From: Candidatus Aegiribacteria sp.
GTDB lineage: Bacteria; Fermentibacterota; Fermentibacteria; Fermentibacterales; JCC-6
Direction of reading: 5' to 3'
Length of the DNA: 31,497 nucleotides
NCBI GenBank assembly: GCA_030642525.1
Contig: DAOWNO010000001.1
Location: 1 to 31,497 of the forward strand
The notes beneath the pieces were generated by a model that was not told the origin of the DNA, made no database searches, and saw nothing but the letters and a program-made list of their open reading frames with translations. Positions 9,130 to 17,701 of the stretch are shown in pieces (the first letter of the stretch is position 1; each line of letters starts with the position of its first letter). The translations under genes were made by a program, and so were the position numbers.

Positions 9130-10714
9130 ACTTCTCTCTTCCGTTGCAGAGGGCGGGAAAATCCTCATCGACGAAGAGGATTATCTCCTTGCACGTGTAA
9201 AGATTCACGAGAAGGTTATGCTTGCAGAAGTAAGCAGAGGTTATGCCGGTGGTCTGCCTCCAGGGGCATGTCCTGACATAGATGGATTCATCCTTCCCGA
9301 CTCAGAAATTCAACCTTCCGATGACAGTAACGCGAAAATACTCCTGTTTTCGGTGCCGGATAATTCTTGCCTCCTTATGGAGCGGATCATGAGTAATGGA
9401 GGAGTATCAGAGACAGAGGCAGTTTCGACAGGAATGAAAGTGCTCGAAATACTTCGTTTGATTCACGACGAAGGTTACAGAGTTGGTTATCTCGGTCCGG
9501 AAAATGTTCTGATAACAGATGATGGAAAATGTTTCATCCTTGGTGGCGCAAGAGGTATACCGGATACTCCCTTTTCCCCGCCTGAAGCTGTGGGAAAGAG
9601 ACCTGATGATCCAAGAAGTGATGTTTTTGCACTGGGTCTGCTGATGTTCAGGATCATAGCAGGAAGCGACAATCGCGATGTGCAGATAAATGCCTGGAAC
9701 ACGCTTTCCCGTAAGATGCTTGCACTTCTTGAAAACATGGTTTCCCTGGAAGTGAACGAAAGGTTTCCAAACCTGACTGTTCTCTCCAATGCGCTTCGCA
9801 ATCTGCATTCAGACCTGCAGATGGATACTATTGATGAGTTCCGGGAAAACCGGAAGTGGATATTTCAGAAAAAAGTCTTCTGGATTTCTGCTGTGTTGGC
9901 AGCAGCTGTTATCGTCTATTTTATAGTATTCGGTAAACCCGGTGATGTTGAATCAGATGAAGATAACGCAATCCCCGGCAACTCCGCGGATTTGATATCT
10001 GAAGCATCGGAAATGCCTGCGGAGAACATTGATTCAACGGCGGATTTCGAGCCGGTACTCTGGATAACTAATGGAACCGGTCAACCTGGACTGGCGAGTG
10101 ATTTCCGAGAAGGCCCCGCTTCAGAGATATCAGGGGTTTACTCCTGCACCGGAAGTCCGCGCAGAAACTCGATTCTCATGGTAAGAAGGAATGATCCGCA
10201 CTTTCCGGTGGAGCAGCAGGGAAGGAATTATGAGCTTGCATTAGAGCTGGCTTCAGGTAATTCTGTATTGTCAATTAAACCCGTTGATATTAATATACTG
10301 CTGGGGGAAGATCTTGTTAATGATATAATACATTCGGGTGTAACCATATCCCCAATAGCTCCAGCAGGTACTCTTTATGTTGATATCGCAAATCATGGAG
10401 TTGACGGAGCATTTGGCGGGACCGGTGCTGCAACATGGGTCAGATCCGTTCTTAATGGAAGAAGTATTCTGATCGAGCAGGAGGAATGGTATATTGAAGT
10501 AGTGGATTTCCGTAATGGAGACATACTGAATGTTGAACTGGGAATAGAAACTGAGCTGGATTCAACGTTATTTCTCTACCGAAGAGAAATTCCGATCTAC
10601 AAGTCCGCTGAAGCGATTATTAGATATCTGGTTCTTGAAGATTCTACTGTAGATGAGTTTTCCGATCTTTCACTTCCCATACCTGATATCTGGGTTCTTC
10701 TCGGGTCCGAATAA
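9119..10714 (+). CDS. Membrane-anchored Ser/Thr protein kinase-like protein (predicted pseudokinase) with LytR_C-like C-terminal region
   Basis: Kinase C-lobe pattern LRLIHDEG..LGPENVLITDDG..SPPE..DPRSDVFALGLLMFRIIAG; single TM VFWISAVLAAAVIVYFIVF; VLWITNGTGQPGLAS resembles the LytR_C signature. Overlaps the guaB stop by 11 nt. Confidence 0.7.
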   Translation: MLTKLLSSVAEGGKILIDEEDYLLARVKIHEKVMLAEVSRGYAGGLPPGACPDIDGFILPDSEIQPSDDSNAKILLFSVPDNSCLLMERIMSNGGVSETEAVSTGMKVLEILRLIHDEGYRVGYLGPENVLITDDGKCFILGGARGIPDTPFSPPEAVGKRPDDPRSDVFALGLLMFRIIAGSDNRDVQINAWNTLSRKMLALLENMVSLEVNERFPNLTVLSNALRNLHSDLQMDTIDEFRENRKWIFQKKVFWISAVLAAAVIVYFIVFGKPGDVESDEDNAIPGNSADLISEASEMPAENIDSTADFEPVLWITNGTGQPGLASDFREGPASEISGVYSCTGSPRRNSILMVRRNDPHFPVEQQGRNYELALELASGNSVLSIKPVDINILLGEDLVNDIIHSGVTISPIAPAGTLYVDIANHGVDGAFGGTGAATWVRSVLNGRSILIEQEEWYIEVVDFRNGDILNVELGIETELDSTLFLYRREIPIYKSAEAIIRYLVLEDSTVDEFSDLSLPIPDIWVLLGSE

Positions 10715-10739
10715 CTTCTTCAATATATGCTCATTCATA

Positions 10740-10769
10740 TTGACTTTTTCACTAAATATGAGATATTAT
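10740..10769 (+). promoter_or_regulatory. Putative sigma70-type promoter of carD
   Basis: TTGACT (10740-10745), 18-nt spacer, TATTAT (10764-10769); TATAAT also present at 10767-10772; AGGAGG SD before ATG 10801. Confidence 0.5.
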
Positions 10770-10800
10770 AATGTGGTAATTTTATGTTGCAGGAGGTCTG

Positions 10801-11445
10801 ATGAAATTTACGGTCGATGCCAGAGTTGTAGATCCTATTCACGGAGCGGGTATAATAACAGAGATTTCAGATCAGAATATCTCGGGCGAAATGCACGAAT
10901 GTGTTGTTATTGAGATTGTTGTTGGAAATAAAAGGGTACTGGTGCCAACAGAGAGTCTGGATGATGCGGAACTGCGACCTGTGGTATCAAAAGCAGAGCT
11001 TGATGATGCTCTTGAGGAACTGTCAAGACAACCGGACGAACTCCCGAAAGACTGGCGAAGAAGAATCGAGAGATTGAAGGAAAGAGTCCATTCGGGAGAA
11101 CCCAAAGAAGTTGCGAAGGCTATCAGAGATATTATTTCACGATCAATTCTGAATAAGATGAATCCCTCAGAAAAGCGTGTGCTTAATGAGGCCGTCAATG
11201 TGTTTGCAGGTGAAGTTGCTCTGGTGAAAGACATTGAAAGCGATTCTGCAAAGGAAATCATACGGAAGCACGCAAGAGATGGGGTTCAGAAAAACATAGA
11301 AACCATGAGAAAAATGGAAAGCGACATGAAAAGCAAATCTGATGAAAAAGGAATATCGAAAAAATCCGGCAAAAGCAAAACGGAATCGACTAAGAAAGCT
11401 GCCAGGCAAAAATCAGGCGTGAAAGCAGCCGGGAAGAAAAAGTAA
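10801..11445 (+). CDS. carD: CarD/CdnL-family RNA polymerase-binding protein with Lys-rich tail
   Basis: MKFTVDARVVDPIHGAGIITEI, VLVPT..LRPVVS, conserved Trp region LPKDWRRR, SGEPKEVAKAIRD, EKRVLNEA..EVALV. Confidence 0.9.
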   Translation: MKFTVDARVVDPIHGAGIITEISDQNISGEMHECVVIEIVVGNKRVLVPTESLDDAELRPVVSKAELDDALEELSRQPDELPKDWRRRIERLKERVHSGEPKEVAKAIRDIISRSILNKMNPSEKRVLNEAVNVFAGEVALVKDIESDSAKEIIRKHARDGVQKNIETMRKMESDMKSKSDEKGISKKSGKSKTESTKKAARQKSGVKAAGKKK

Positions 11446-11477
11446 CCTTATCTTAACACAGAGTAATATCAGTAAGC

Positions 11478-12749
11478 ATGCACAGAACCAGCCTTGAAAG
11501 GGTTCTTCTAGCTCGTTTGTATACAAGGAGCGATTCCAAAGAGACAGATCTTCCCCGGGAAATGATCTCTCTGGTTAATTCCGCGGGCGGCACAGTTGTT
11601 GAGGAGATATCACAGAGGAGGGATTCTCCCGACTCCAAACTGTTCTTTGGTAAAGGTAAAATCGCAGAAATCAAAGAAATATCTGATCGCTTCGGCATCT
11701 CTACCATTGTATTCGATCACAATCTCACTCCAGGTCAAGTATCTCGCCTTGAGAAGACAACCAATTGCAAGATTATTGATCGCACTGAACTGATTCTCGC
11801 CATCTTTGCCGGACAGGCTCGTTCAAAGGAGGCAAAGCTTCAGATCGAACTTGCTCAGCTGAAGTATGCCCTTCCAAGACTTACAGGCATGTGGCACCAT
11901 TTCTCCAGACTTGGAGCGGGAATCGGAACCAGAGGGCCGGGAGAAACACAGCTTGAGATTGATCGTAGAAGAGCCAGATCCAGGATATCCTTGCTGGAGG
12001 AGAAGATCGCAGAAGTAGAATCCCGATGGCAGGTTGTCTCGGCAAGACGACGGAAGATGTTCAACATCACCATTGTCGGATATACGAACGCTGGAAAGAG
12101 CACGCTGCTCAATACACTATGCGATTCAGGCGTATACACTGCGGATAAACCTTTTGCTACCCTCGATACTACATCCAGACGGTTGAAATTGCCTGATGGA
12201 TCAGAAGTACTTATCTCTGATACTGTGGGTTTCATAGAAAGGCTTCCGGAAACTCTTGTAGCCAGTTTTCATACAACACTGGATGTGGCAAGGAAAGCTG
12301 ATCTGCTGATTGTTGCGATTGACAGGTCAAGCGATTTCAGAATCAAGCATTTTGAAACGGTCAGGAAAACTCTTGATCGAATTGGAGTTGATGCTTCAGT
12401 ACCGAGATTGACTGTATGGACAAAATGTGATGCGGTAAATGATTACAGAAAACCAAAAACAGGAGCAGCAGTATCCGCATTCGAAAACTATGGATTTGAT
12501 GATCTCCTTCAGAGTATTCTCAATTATCGAGATCAATCACTGGATTGGTTTGAGCTTGTTCTTGAACAGCATCATGATAATATCATGCACTGGCTTTACA
12601 ATAACTGTGTCGTGAGAAATGTTATTGTAAATTTAGACGGTTCTGCAAATGTTCTTGGTGGAACCCTGAGGGGGTATAATTCTGTCATTGGCAAGCTGAA
12701 GAGAACTGATAAGCTCCGAAGTTTTTCTCGACTTGATGCACCGCCATAA
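11478..12749 (+). CDS. hflX: Ribosome-associated GTPase HflX
   Basis: FFGKGK, FDHNLTPGQ, IDRTELILAIF, EAKLQIELAQLKY, GTRGPGETQLEIDRR, G1 VGYTNAGKSTL, G2 FATLD, G3 DTVGF, G4 variant TKCD. Confidence 0.97.
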   Translation: MHRTSLERVLLARLYTRSDSKETDLPREMISLVNSAGGTVVEEISQRRDSPDSKLFFGKGKIAEIKEISDRFGISTIVFDHNLTPGQVSRLEKTTNCKIIDRTELILAIFAGQARSKEAKLQIELAQLKYALPRLTGMWHHFSRLGAGIGTRGPGETQLEIDRRRARSRISLLEEKIAEVESRWQVVSARRRKMFNITIVGYTNAGKSTLLNTLCDSGVYTADKPFATLDTTSRRLKLPDGSEVLISDTVGFIERLPETLVASFHTTLDVARKADLLIVAIDRSSDFRIKHFETVRKTLDRIGVDASVPRLTVWTKCDAVNDYRKPKTGAAVSAFENYGFDDLLQSILNYRDQSLDWFELVLEQHHDNIMHWLYNNCVVRNVIVNLDGSANVLGGTLRGYNSVIGKLKRTDKLRSFSRLDAPP

Positions 12750-12782
12750 TAAGATGTTTTCAGGAAAAAAGTGAGGTTGAAT

Positions 12783-13064
12783 ATGGCTACAGGTATTGAT
12801 CCGGATAAACTGAAAAACAATCTTCAGAATAGACTGGAAAGTCTGCACAATCTTTACTTAAGCAATCTGATATCAAAGAATACGCTTTCGAGTCAGCTTC
12901 TTGAGCTGATTACCACGAAAGAGGCAAAAACTTTCTGGGATTCGACCATGAAGCAGGATCTGACCGCAAGAAGAATGCTGGCCATGCTCGAACACCCCAA
13001 ACAGTGGATTGAAGATTCCACCAGCCCGGAGGAGGAAAGGCTTGATATTTTAAGGAGAGATTGA
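12783..13064 (+). CDS. Hypothetical protein (93 aa, predicted helical)
   Basis: ATG 12783 preceded by GAGG; co-oriented and closely packed after hflX; no family recognised. Confidence 0.7.
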   Translation: MATGIDPDKLKNNLQNRLESLHNLYLSNLISKNTLSSQLLELITTKEAKTFWDSTMKQDLTARRMLAMLEHPKQWIEDSTSPEEERLDILRRD

Positions 13065-13219
13065 TCGATATTTTTCTGCAACCCGATGTTTCTTCCGATG
13101 ATCTTCTGGAGATGCTGTTGGATACCGCATGTCTTCCGCATTTTGAATCAAGCGTTTTCTCCAGAAACAGCAACACATCCATCAAGAAATCGGGAGCCAG
13201 ACTAAGCGTACTTGACTGA
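13061..13219 (+). CDS. Small hypothetical protein (52 aa), below the ORF-track cutoff
   Basis: AAGGAG at 13052-13057; TTG 13061 overlaps the upstream TGA (TTGA); reads MIDIFLQPDVSSDDLLEMLLDTACLPHFESSVFSRNSNTSIKKSGARLSVLD* and fills the gap between its neighbours. Confidence 0.55.
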   Translation: MIDIFLQPDVSSDDLLEMLLDTACLPHFESSVFSRNSNTSIKKSGARLSVLD

Positions 13220-13226
13220 AGAGTCG

Positions 13227-13610
13227 ATGACACTTTTGATTATTCAACTTCTTCTGATATTCTTTCAAAAGGATGGAATGAATTCTGATGACAGGATTCA
13301 TCTTGAGAATCTCCGAACACTTGAATCCAGTTATCGGACTGATTCTGTTGATTGGGAAGTAGCAGTAGAACTTGCAGAAACATTGCATGCTCTCAGAAGA
13401 GATAAACCAGCATTGGAGATTATGCGGAGCATACCTGCTGATGAATTGAGCCCACAGGACAGATTGTTCATGGCAATGCTGTTCGTGTGCGATTGCAATA
13501 TATCAGAAGCGGCTCGTACCGCTGCCCCTGTTCTCATTCCGACAGCCGCTATTTTATTGGTGGCCGGTTCAGGATTTCTTTATCTGCGCGGAAAAAGGAG
13601 AGGTCAGTGA
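13227..13610 (+). CDS. Small hypothetical membrane/exported protein with one TPR-like helix pair and a C-terminal TM plus basic tail
   Basis: Hydrophobic N-terminus MTLLIIQLLLIFF; WEVAVELAETLHALRRDKPALEIM; C-terminus LIPTAAILLVAGSGFLYLRGKRRGQ. TTG 13212 is an alternative start. Confidence 0.65.
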   Translation: MTLLIIQLLLIFFQKDGMNSDDRIHLENLRTLESSYRTDSVDWEVAVELAETLHALRRDKPALEIMRSIPADELSPQDRLFMAMLFVCDCNISEAARTAAPVLIPTAAILLVAGSGFLYLRGKRRGQ

Positions 13611-14590
13611 AGAAAATTATCTTTAATATTATCGGGCTTATTCTTACGGCTGCCGCTCTCTATTACCTAGTGGATTCCTTCCTTAAAGGAGCCGCTGAGG
13701 CTGGAGGATTCGATAATCTTCTCTCCTTCAATCCTGTCCTGTTCATTCTTTCATTTCTGTTGATGCTGCTGCATCTGCTGGCTGCGGCCTGGTCATGGAT
13801 GCTTGTCTGCGATGTGGCGGGAGCCAGAATTTCATTCAGGCAGGCTTTCAGCATCCATTTTCTTGCTCAGGTAGGGAAATACATTCCAGGAAAGGTCTGG
13901 GGCGCAGTAGGAAAGATAGGACTGTCAAAGAAAATAGGTATACCCGCCGTCAGAACCGGTCATGCACTTATTCTTGAGAGCCTTTTTATTATAGCAGGCT
14001 GTCTTCTTGTGTCTCTTCCTGTTATTCCACTCGCTGCGTCCAGGATCGGGATGGGAACGACACTTAGTGTCCTGATCGTTCTGGCAGCGGCAGGTGTGGT
14101 TCTGTTCACAGCACATCCAGGCGCGTTCAGAAGATTGCTTTCAATTATCTCATCTCTTACCGGTAAGGATATTGACATACAGGATCCTGGATTTGCCAGT
14201 GTCCTGAAGCTTCTGCCTGTGTATCTGCTTGTCTTCCTGCTTCAGGGGATTGCATTTGTCTTCCTGGCAAGAAGCTTCGGAATGGATCTGCCTTTTTTCC
14301 CCGGAGTCTTTCTCCTTCCCACCGCGGTAGGAATAGGATTTATTGCGGTGTTTTCACCCGGAGGGCTTGGTATCCGTGAAATATCTCTTGTCTGGCTTAT
14401 CGGAATTGTTGTCACGGCCGGAGAGCCTGGACAGGCATCACTGGTATCGATTGCAGGCAGACTATGGATTACGTTTGGTGAAGCTCTGGCGTTCGTGGCG
14501 GCTTTGATCTGGTGGGGCGGCAATAAACGGGTGGGTAAGTCATGCGGTATCATCAGCTCAGATGGAGAAACTGAGAAAACTACATACTGA
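13607..14590 (+). CDS. Lysylphosphatidylglycerol-synthase-TM-domain (UPF0104) polytopic membrane protein
   Basis: Many TM helices; motifs LAQVGKYIPGKVWG and FSPGGLGIRE. True start is GTG 13607 (GTGA overlap, AAGGAG SD), not the track start at 13487. Confidence 0.85.
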   Translation: MKKIIFNIIGLILTAAALYYLVDSFLKGAAEAGGFDNLLSFNPVLFILSFLLMLLHLLAAAWSWMLVCDVAGARISFRQAFSIHFLAQVGKYIPGKVWGAVGKIGLSKKIGIPAVRTGHALILESLFIIAGCLLVSLPVIPLAASRIGMGTTLSVLIVLAAAGVVLFTAHPGAFRRLLSIISSLTGKDIDIQDPGFASVLKLLPVYLLVFLLQGIAFVFLARSFGMDLPFFPGVFLLPTAVGIGFIAVFSPGGLGIREISLVWLIGIVVTAGEPGQASLVSIAGRLWITFGEALAFVAALIWWGGNKRVGKSCGIISSDGETEKTTY

Positions 14591-14658
14591 TAAGCTATAT
14601 CGCGATCAGCTCCCGGTATGGCGGGAAATCAAGTATTCCGGTAGTTGGAGAGAAGGTT

Positions 14659-15123
14659 TTGCAGTTGCTTGACATCTTTGTCGATGCCGATGCATGCCCG
14701 GTCAAACAGGAAATATACCGTGTCGCAAAACGATATGGTTTGAAGGTCATTCTCGTTTCAAATTCATGGATGCGTACTCCGGAATCAAACTGGCTGGAAT
14801 TGATTATCGTGGATAAAGGGGCGGATGTGGTTGATGACTGGATCGCTGAACATGCAGTCAGAGATGACATTGTCATTTCAGGTGACATCCCTCTCGCCTC
14901 GAGGTGTCTGAAGAAGGGAGCACTGGTGCTGGGGAATACAGGACGTCCTTTCACTGAGGACAACATCGGAGATGTTCTGTCCATAAGGAATCTCCTGCAT
15001 GATCTCAGGGAACAGGGAATGATGATCGGGGGACCAGCGCCTTTCGCGAAAAAGGACCGCTCAAGATTCCTGCAGGCATTGGATGAAATGATAGTGAAAG
15101 TCCGGCGCAGGAAAGGCTTCTGA
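14659..15123 (+). CDS. yaiI: YaiI/YqxD (UPF0178) family protein
   Basis: IFVDADACPVKQEI, GADVVDDWIAE, DIVISGDIPLASRCL, GGPAPF..KDRSRFLQALD. Confidence 0.93.
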   Translation: MQLLDIFVDADACPVKQEIYRVAKRYGLKVILVSNSWMRTPESNWLELIIVDKGADVVDDWIAEHAVRDDIVISGDIPLASRCLKKGALVLGNTGRPFTEDNIGDVLSIRNLLHDLREQGMMIGGPAPFAKKDRSRFLQALDEMIVKVRRRKGF

Positions 15124-15149
15124 AGTGAATGATCTGAAGAAAATGAGTT

Positions 15150-15458
15150 TTAGTTATCCTGCTTCTTCATCTCCACGATCCTGTCTGTATTATCGTAGAT
15201 TCTGAACATGACAATAGCTATTTCCATCCAGGCGCGGATCATGATCAGATAAAGGATCAGGACTACAGGACCCAGAATGATAGCCCCCACACCTGCTGTT
15301 GATCCCTGTCCAAATGCGAAAACGATTAAACCCAGATATCCGATTGCCAGAAGCACAACAATGACTGCGTAGATAAAGCTTATTACTTTCGGGAAAACGA
15401 AACTCTCGAAAGAGAAATCGAACAGAGAACCGAAAAAGCCTTTGCTTTCCATTGCCAT
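15150..15458 (-). CDS. DUF4282 family small membrane protein
   Basis: GFFGSLFDFSFESFVFPKVISFIY, two TM segments, IRAWMEIAIVMFRIYDN. Confidence 0.85.
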   Translation of the reverse strand: MAMESKGFFGSLFDFSFESFVFPKVISFIYAVIVVLLAIGYLGLIVFAFGQGSTAGVGAIILGPVVLILYLIMIRAWMEIAIVMFRIYDNTDRIVEMKKQDN

Positions 15459-15513
15459 TCCTTTCCTGTCAGAGACGTATTACACATACACATATTAATA
15501 TGATATTCATCTG

Positions 15514-16254
15514 TCAGTGCATATAGGCGCCGGATTCTCCCAGCTCTTCAAGTACCATAAATGCTGAATCAGCATAAGGTCCATTTGGAGAGAGGATCAG
15601 ATAATTATTTATTGCATCTGATGCTCGCATGTAATCATGCCAGGTCAGATATACCTGAGCCAGACCCCAGTAGGCTGGAGCATATCCTGAACCTGCTAAA
15701 GGGAGAAGAAGCTCTCGTGCTTCTCCTCCGCGCGAGGTATTCCTGTAAACAGATGCCAGCAGGATAAGTGATTCTATTCCGATTGATCCTGGAGTCTGCA
15801 GATTTTTGATGAACCACATTTCCGCAGATGCTGTATCCCCGGCAGCGAGTTCTGCCTTCCCGCTGAGCAACCAGATCTCAGGATTGGTCGGTGTTCTGAG
15901 AAATGCGCTGTCAGCCATAATCAGAGCGCGTTCGGGAAGGTTGATCATGAGCAGAAGGTTTGAAAGCTCATAATAACCACGGTAATCCTCAGGGCATGAT
16001 TCAATGTATTGCCTGTAATATTCTTCTGATCTGTTCCATGAGGATCGTACCAGATGAACCTTACCAAGACCAAGAAGAGCCGGATAGCAGTCTCCGCTGA
16101 TTTCCAGCGCAAGAATGAATTCCTCTTCAGCCTGTTCGAGCAATCCCTGATTGAGGTAAGCATTGCCTGTGTCAAGATGGAGCTGTGCAGACAGTTCATT
16201 GATATCAAGGGATTGAGAGAACAGACTCAGAATCAGAATAATGCACATATTCAA
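15514..16254 (-). CDS. Exported tetratricopeptide-repeat protein
   Basis: Signal-like N-terminus (MCIILILSLFSQS); TPR units HLDTGNAYLNQGLLEQAEEEFILALEI, ALLGLGKVHL, AYWGLAQVYLTWHDYMRA..YLILSPNG. Confidence 0.85.
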   Translation of the reverse strand: MNMCIILILSLFSQSLDINELSAQLHLDTGNAYLNQGLLEQAEEEFILALEISGDCYPALLGLGKVHLVRSSWNRSEEYYRQYIESCPEDYRGYYELSNLLLMINLPERALIMADSAFLRTPTNPEIWLLSGKAELAAGDTASAEMWFIKNLQTPGSIGIESLILLASVYRNTSRGGEARELLLPLAGSGYAPAYWGLAQVYLTWHDYMRASDAINNYLILSPNGPYADSAFMVLEELGESGAYMH

Positions 16255-16342
16255 CCTACCCTTTCCTGATAATATACCTTATCATATTTCCAGTTGGGTG
16301 AATAGTCACATCGGATATTATCAACATTAAGAAGGAAATCCA

Positions 16343-17701
16343 ATGAGTTCATACGATCTTGTAATTATAGGCGGCGGACCTGCGGGTTATGTACCGGCAA
16401 TCAGGGCGGCACAGTTCGGGCGGCGAGTAGCAGTTGTTGAAGAAGAAGATCTTGGTGGAACATGTCTTAACAGAGGATGCATACCCACGAAGACTCTGGT
16501 AGCAAGTACATCCCTGCTTCGTCATGCAGCTTCAGCAAAGCGGTTTGGGCTTGAGGGGGAGCTTTCATTCTCATGGGATAAACTTGCCCGGAGGAAAGAT
16601 TTCGTAGTGAAGCGACTCAGAAAAGGAGTTGAAGCGCATTTAAGCAATCTGGGAATTGATATCATCAGAGAGCACGGCACCATCAAAGGACCGAATGAGG
16701 TTCTTGCGGGGAATATTCTTCTAAGGACAGAAAGCATATTGCTCTCTCCCGGATCAGTTCCGATTCAACCGGGTCCTTTTGCGATAGATGGAGTTCAAAC
16801 CAGCCGGGATGTTCTTGCCTGGGATTCGCTTCCGGAGAGTCTGATAATCGTCGGCGGAGGCGTAATCGGCTGTGAATTTGCGTTTATTTTTTCCAGTCTG
16901 GGCGTAAAGATTTCAATTATTGAAATGCTGCCCTCCATTCTGCCGGGTATTGATGAAGATGTGACGCAGGTCGTACTTAAATCCCTCCGGCGCTCGGGAG
17001 TTGCAATAATGATAGAAAATTCCGTCAAAGGGATTGATGTGGGAAAACACAAAATAACTGCTGTTCTTTCGGATAACACTGAATTGTCTGCGGAACGTCT
17101 TCTGGTATCCATCGGGAGAAAACCAAGGCTTGAAGAGCTTGGGCTTTTCGAAACGGGGATCGAATTCACCTCATCCGGAATTGTAACGAATGAAAAACAA
17201 ATGACAAATCTTCCCGGAGTATACGCAGCGGGGGATGCTACCGGTAAATGGCAACTTTCCCATGCGGGGACTGCTCAGGCTTTGACAGCGGTCGAGCACC
17301 TTTTCGGAAATGGAGAACGTACTGTAAATCCCGATGCGATGTCAGGATGCATTTTCACAAATCCGGAGATTGCCATTGTAGGACCCGGGCAGGAAGAATG
17401 GGAAAGAAGAGGAATTCCTGTGAAAACCAGGATTTCCAGATACATAGCTAATGGCAAGGCTGTCAGTATGAACGAAACAGATGGTTTCATAAAGGTAATT
17501 GCCCGTGAATCTGATGATACCGTGATCGGTATCCAGATCGTGGGAGCTGACGCGAGCAGTCTTGTCGGTGAAGCGGTTATGGCTGTTAATCTTGGCGTGA
17601 GCGCATCATCTCTGGGCATGATGATTCATCCTCACCCTACTCTCACTGAGCTGTTCATGGAAGCCGGAGAGGCTTTTGGAGAGGGAGCAATTCATGGCTG
17701 A
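16343..17701 (+). CDS. lpdA: Dihydrolipoamide dehydrogenase
   Basis: GGGPAGY FAD site, redox GGTCLNRGCIPTK, NAD site GGGVIGCE, VYAAGD, C-terminal HPHPTLTE. Confidence 0.93.
   Translation: MSSYDLVIIGGGPAGYVPAIRAAQFGRRVAVVEEEDLGGTCLNRGCIPTKTLVASTSLLRHAASAKRFGLEGELSFSWDKLARRKDFVVKRLRKGVEAHLSNLGIDIIREHGTIKGPNEVLAGNILLRTESILLSPGSVPIQPGPFAIDGVQTSRDVLAWDSLPESLIIVGGGVIGCEFAFIFSSLGVKISIIEMLPSILPGIDEDVTQVVLKSLRRSGVAIMIENSVKGIDVGKHKITAVLSDNTELSAERLLVSIGRKPRLEELGLFETGIEFTSSGIVTNEKQMTNLPGVYAAGDATGKWQLSHAGTAQALTAVEHLFGNGERTVNPDAMSGCIFTNPEIAIVGPGQEEWERRGIPVKTRISRYIANGKAVSMNETDGFIKVIARESDDTVIGIQIVGADASSLVGEAVMAVNLGVSASSLGMMIHPHPTLTELFMEAGEAFGEGAIHG

Noticed and set aside
12415-12435. HflX G4 motif TKCD instead of NKxD
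   Set aside because: TKxD is a known functional G4 variant in GTPases, and all other motifs are canonical.
12910-13233. 107-aa minus-strand ORF
   Set aside because: Opposes the local operon; the plus-strand 52-aa ORF with SD and stop-start overlap explains the interval better.
13487-13606. Extended N-terminus of the UPF0104 ORF
   Set aside because: It would overlap the upstream gene by about 120 nt; GTG 13607 has an SD and a GTGA overlap.
14611-14626. Hairpin TCCCG-GTATGG-CGGGA as a terminator
   Set aside because: Only a 5-bp stem with no U-tract; no convincing intrinsic terminator was found, including at the convergent junctions near 15130, 18480 and 24614.
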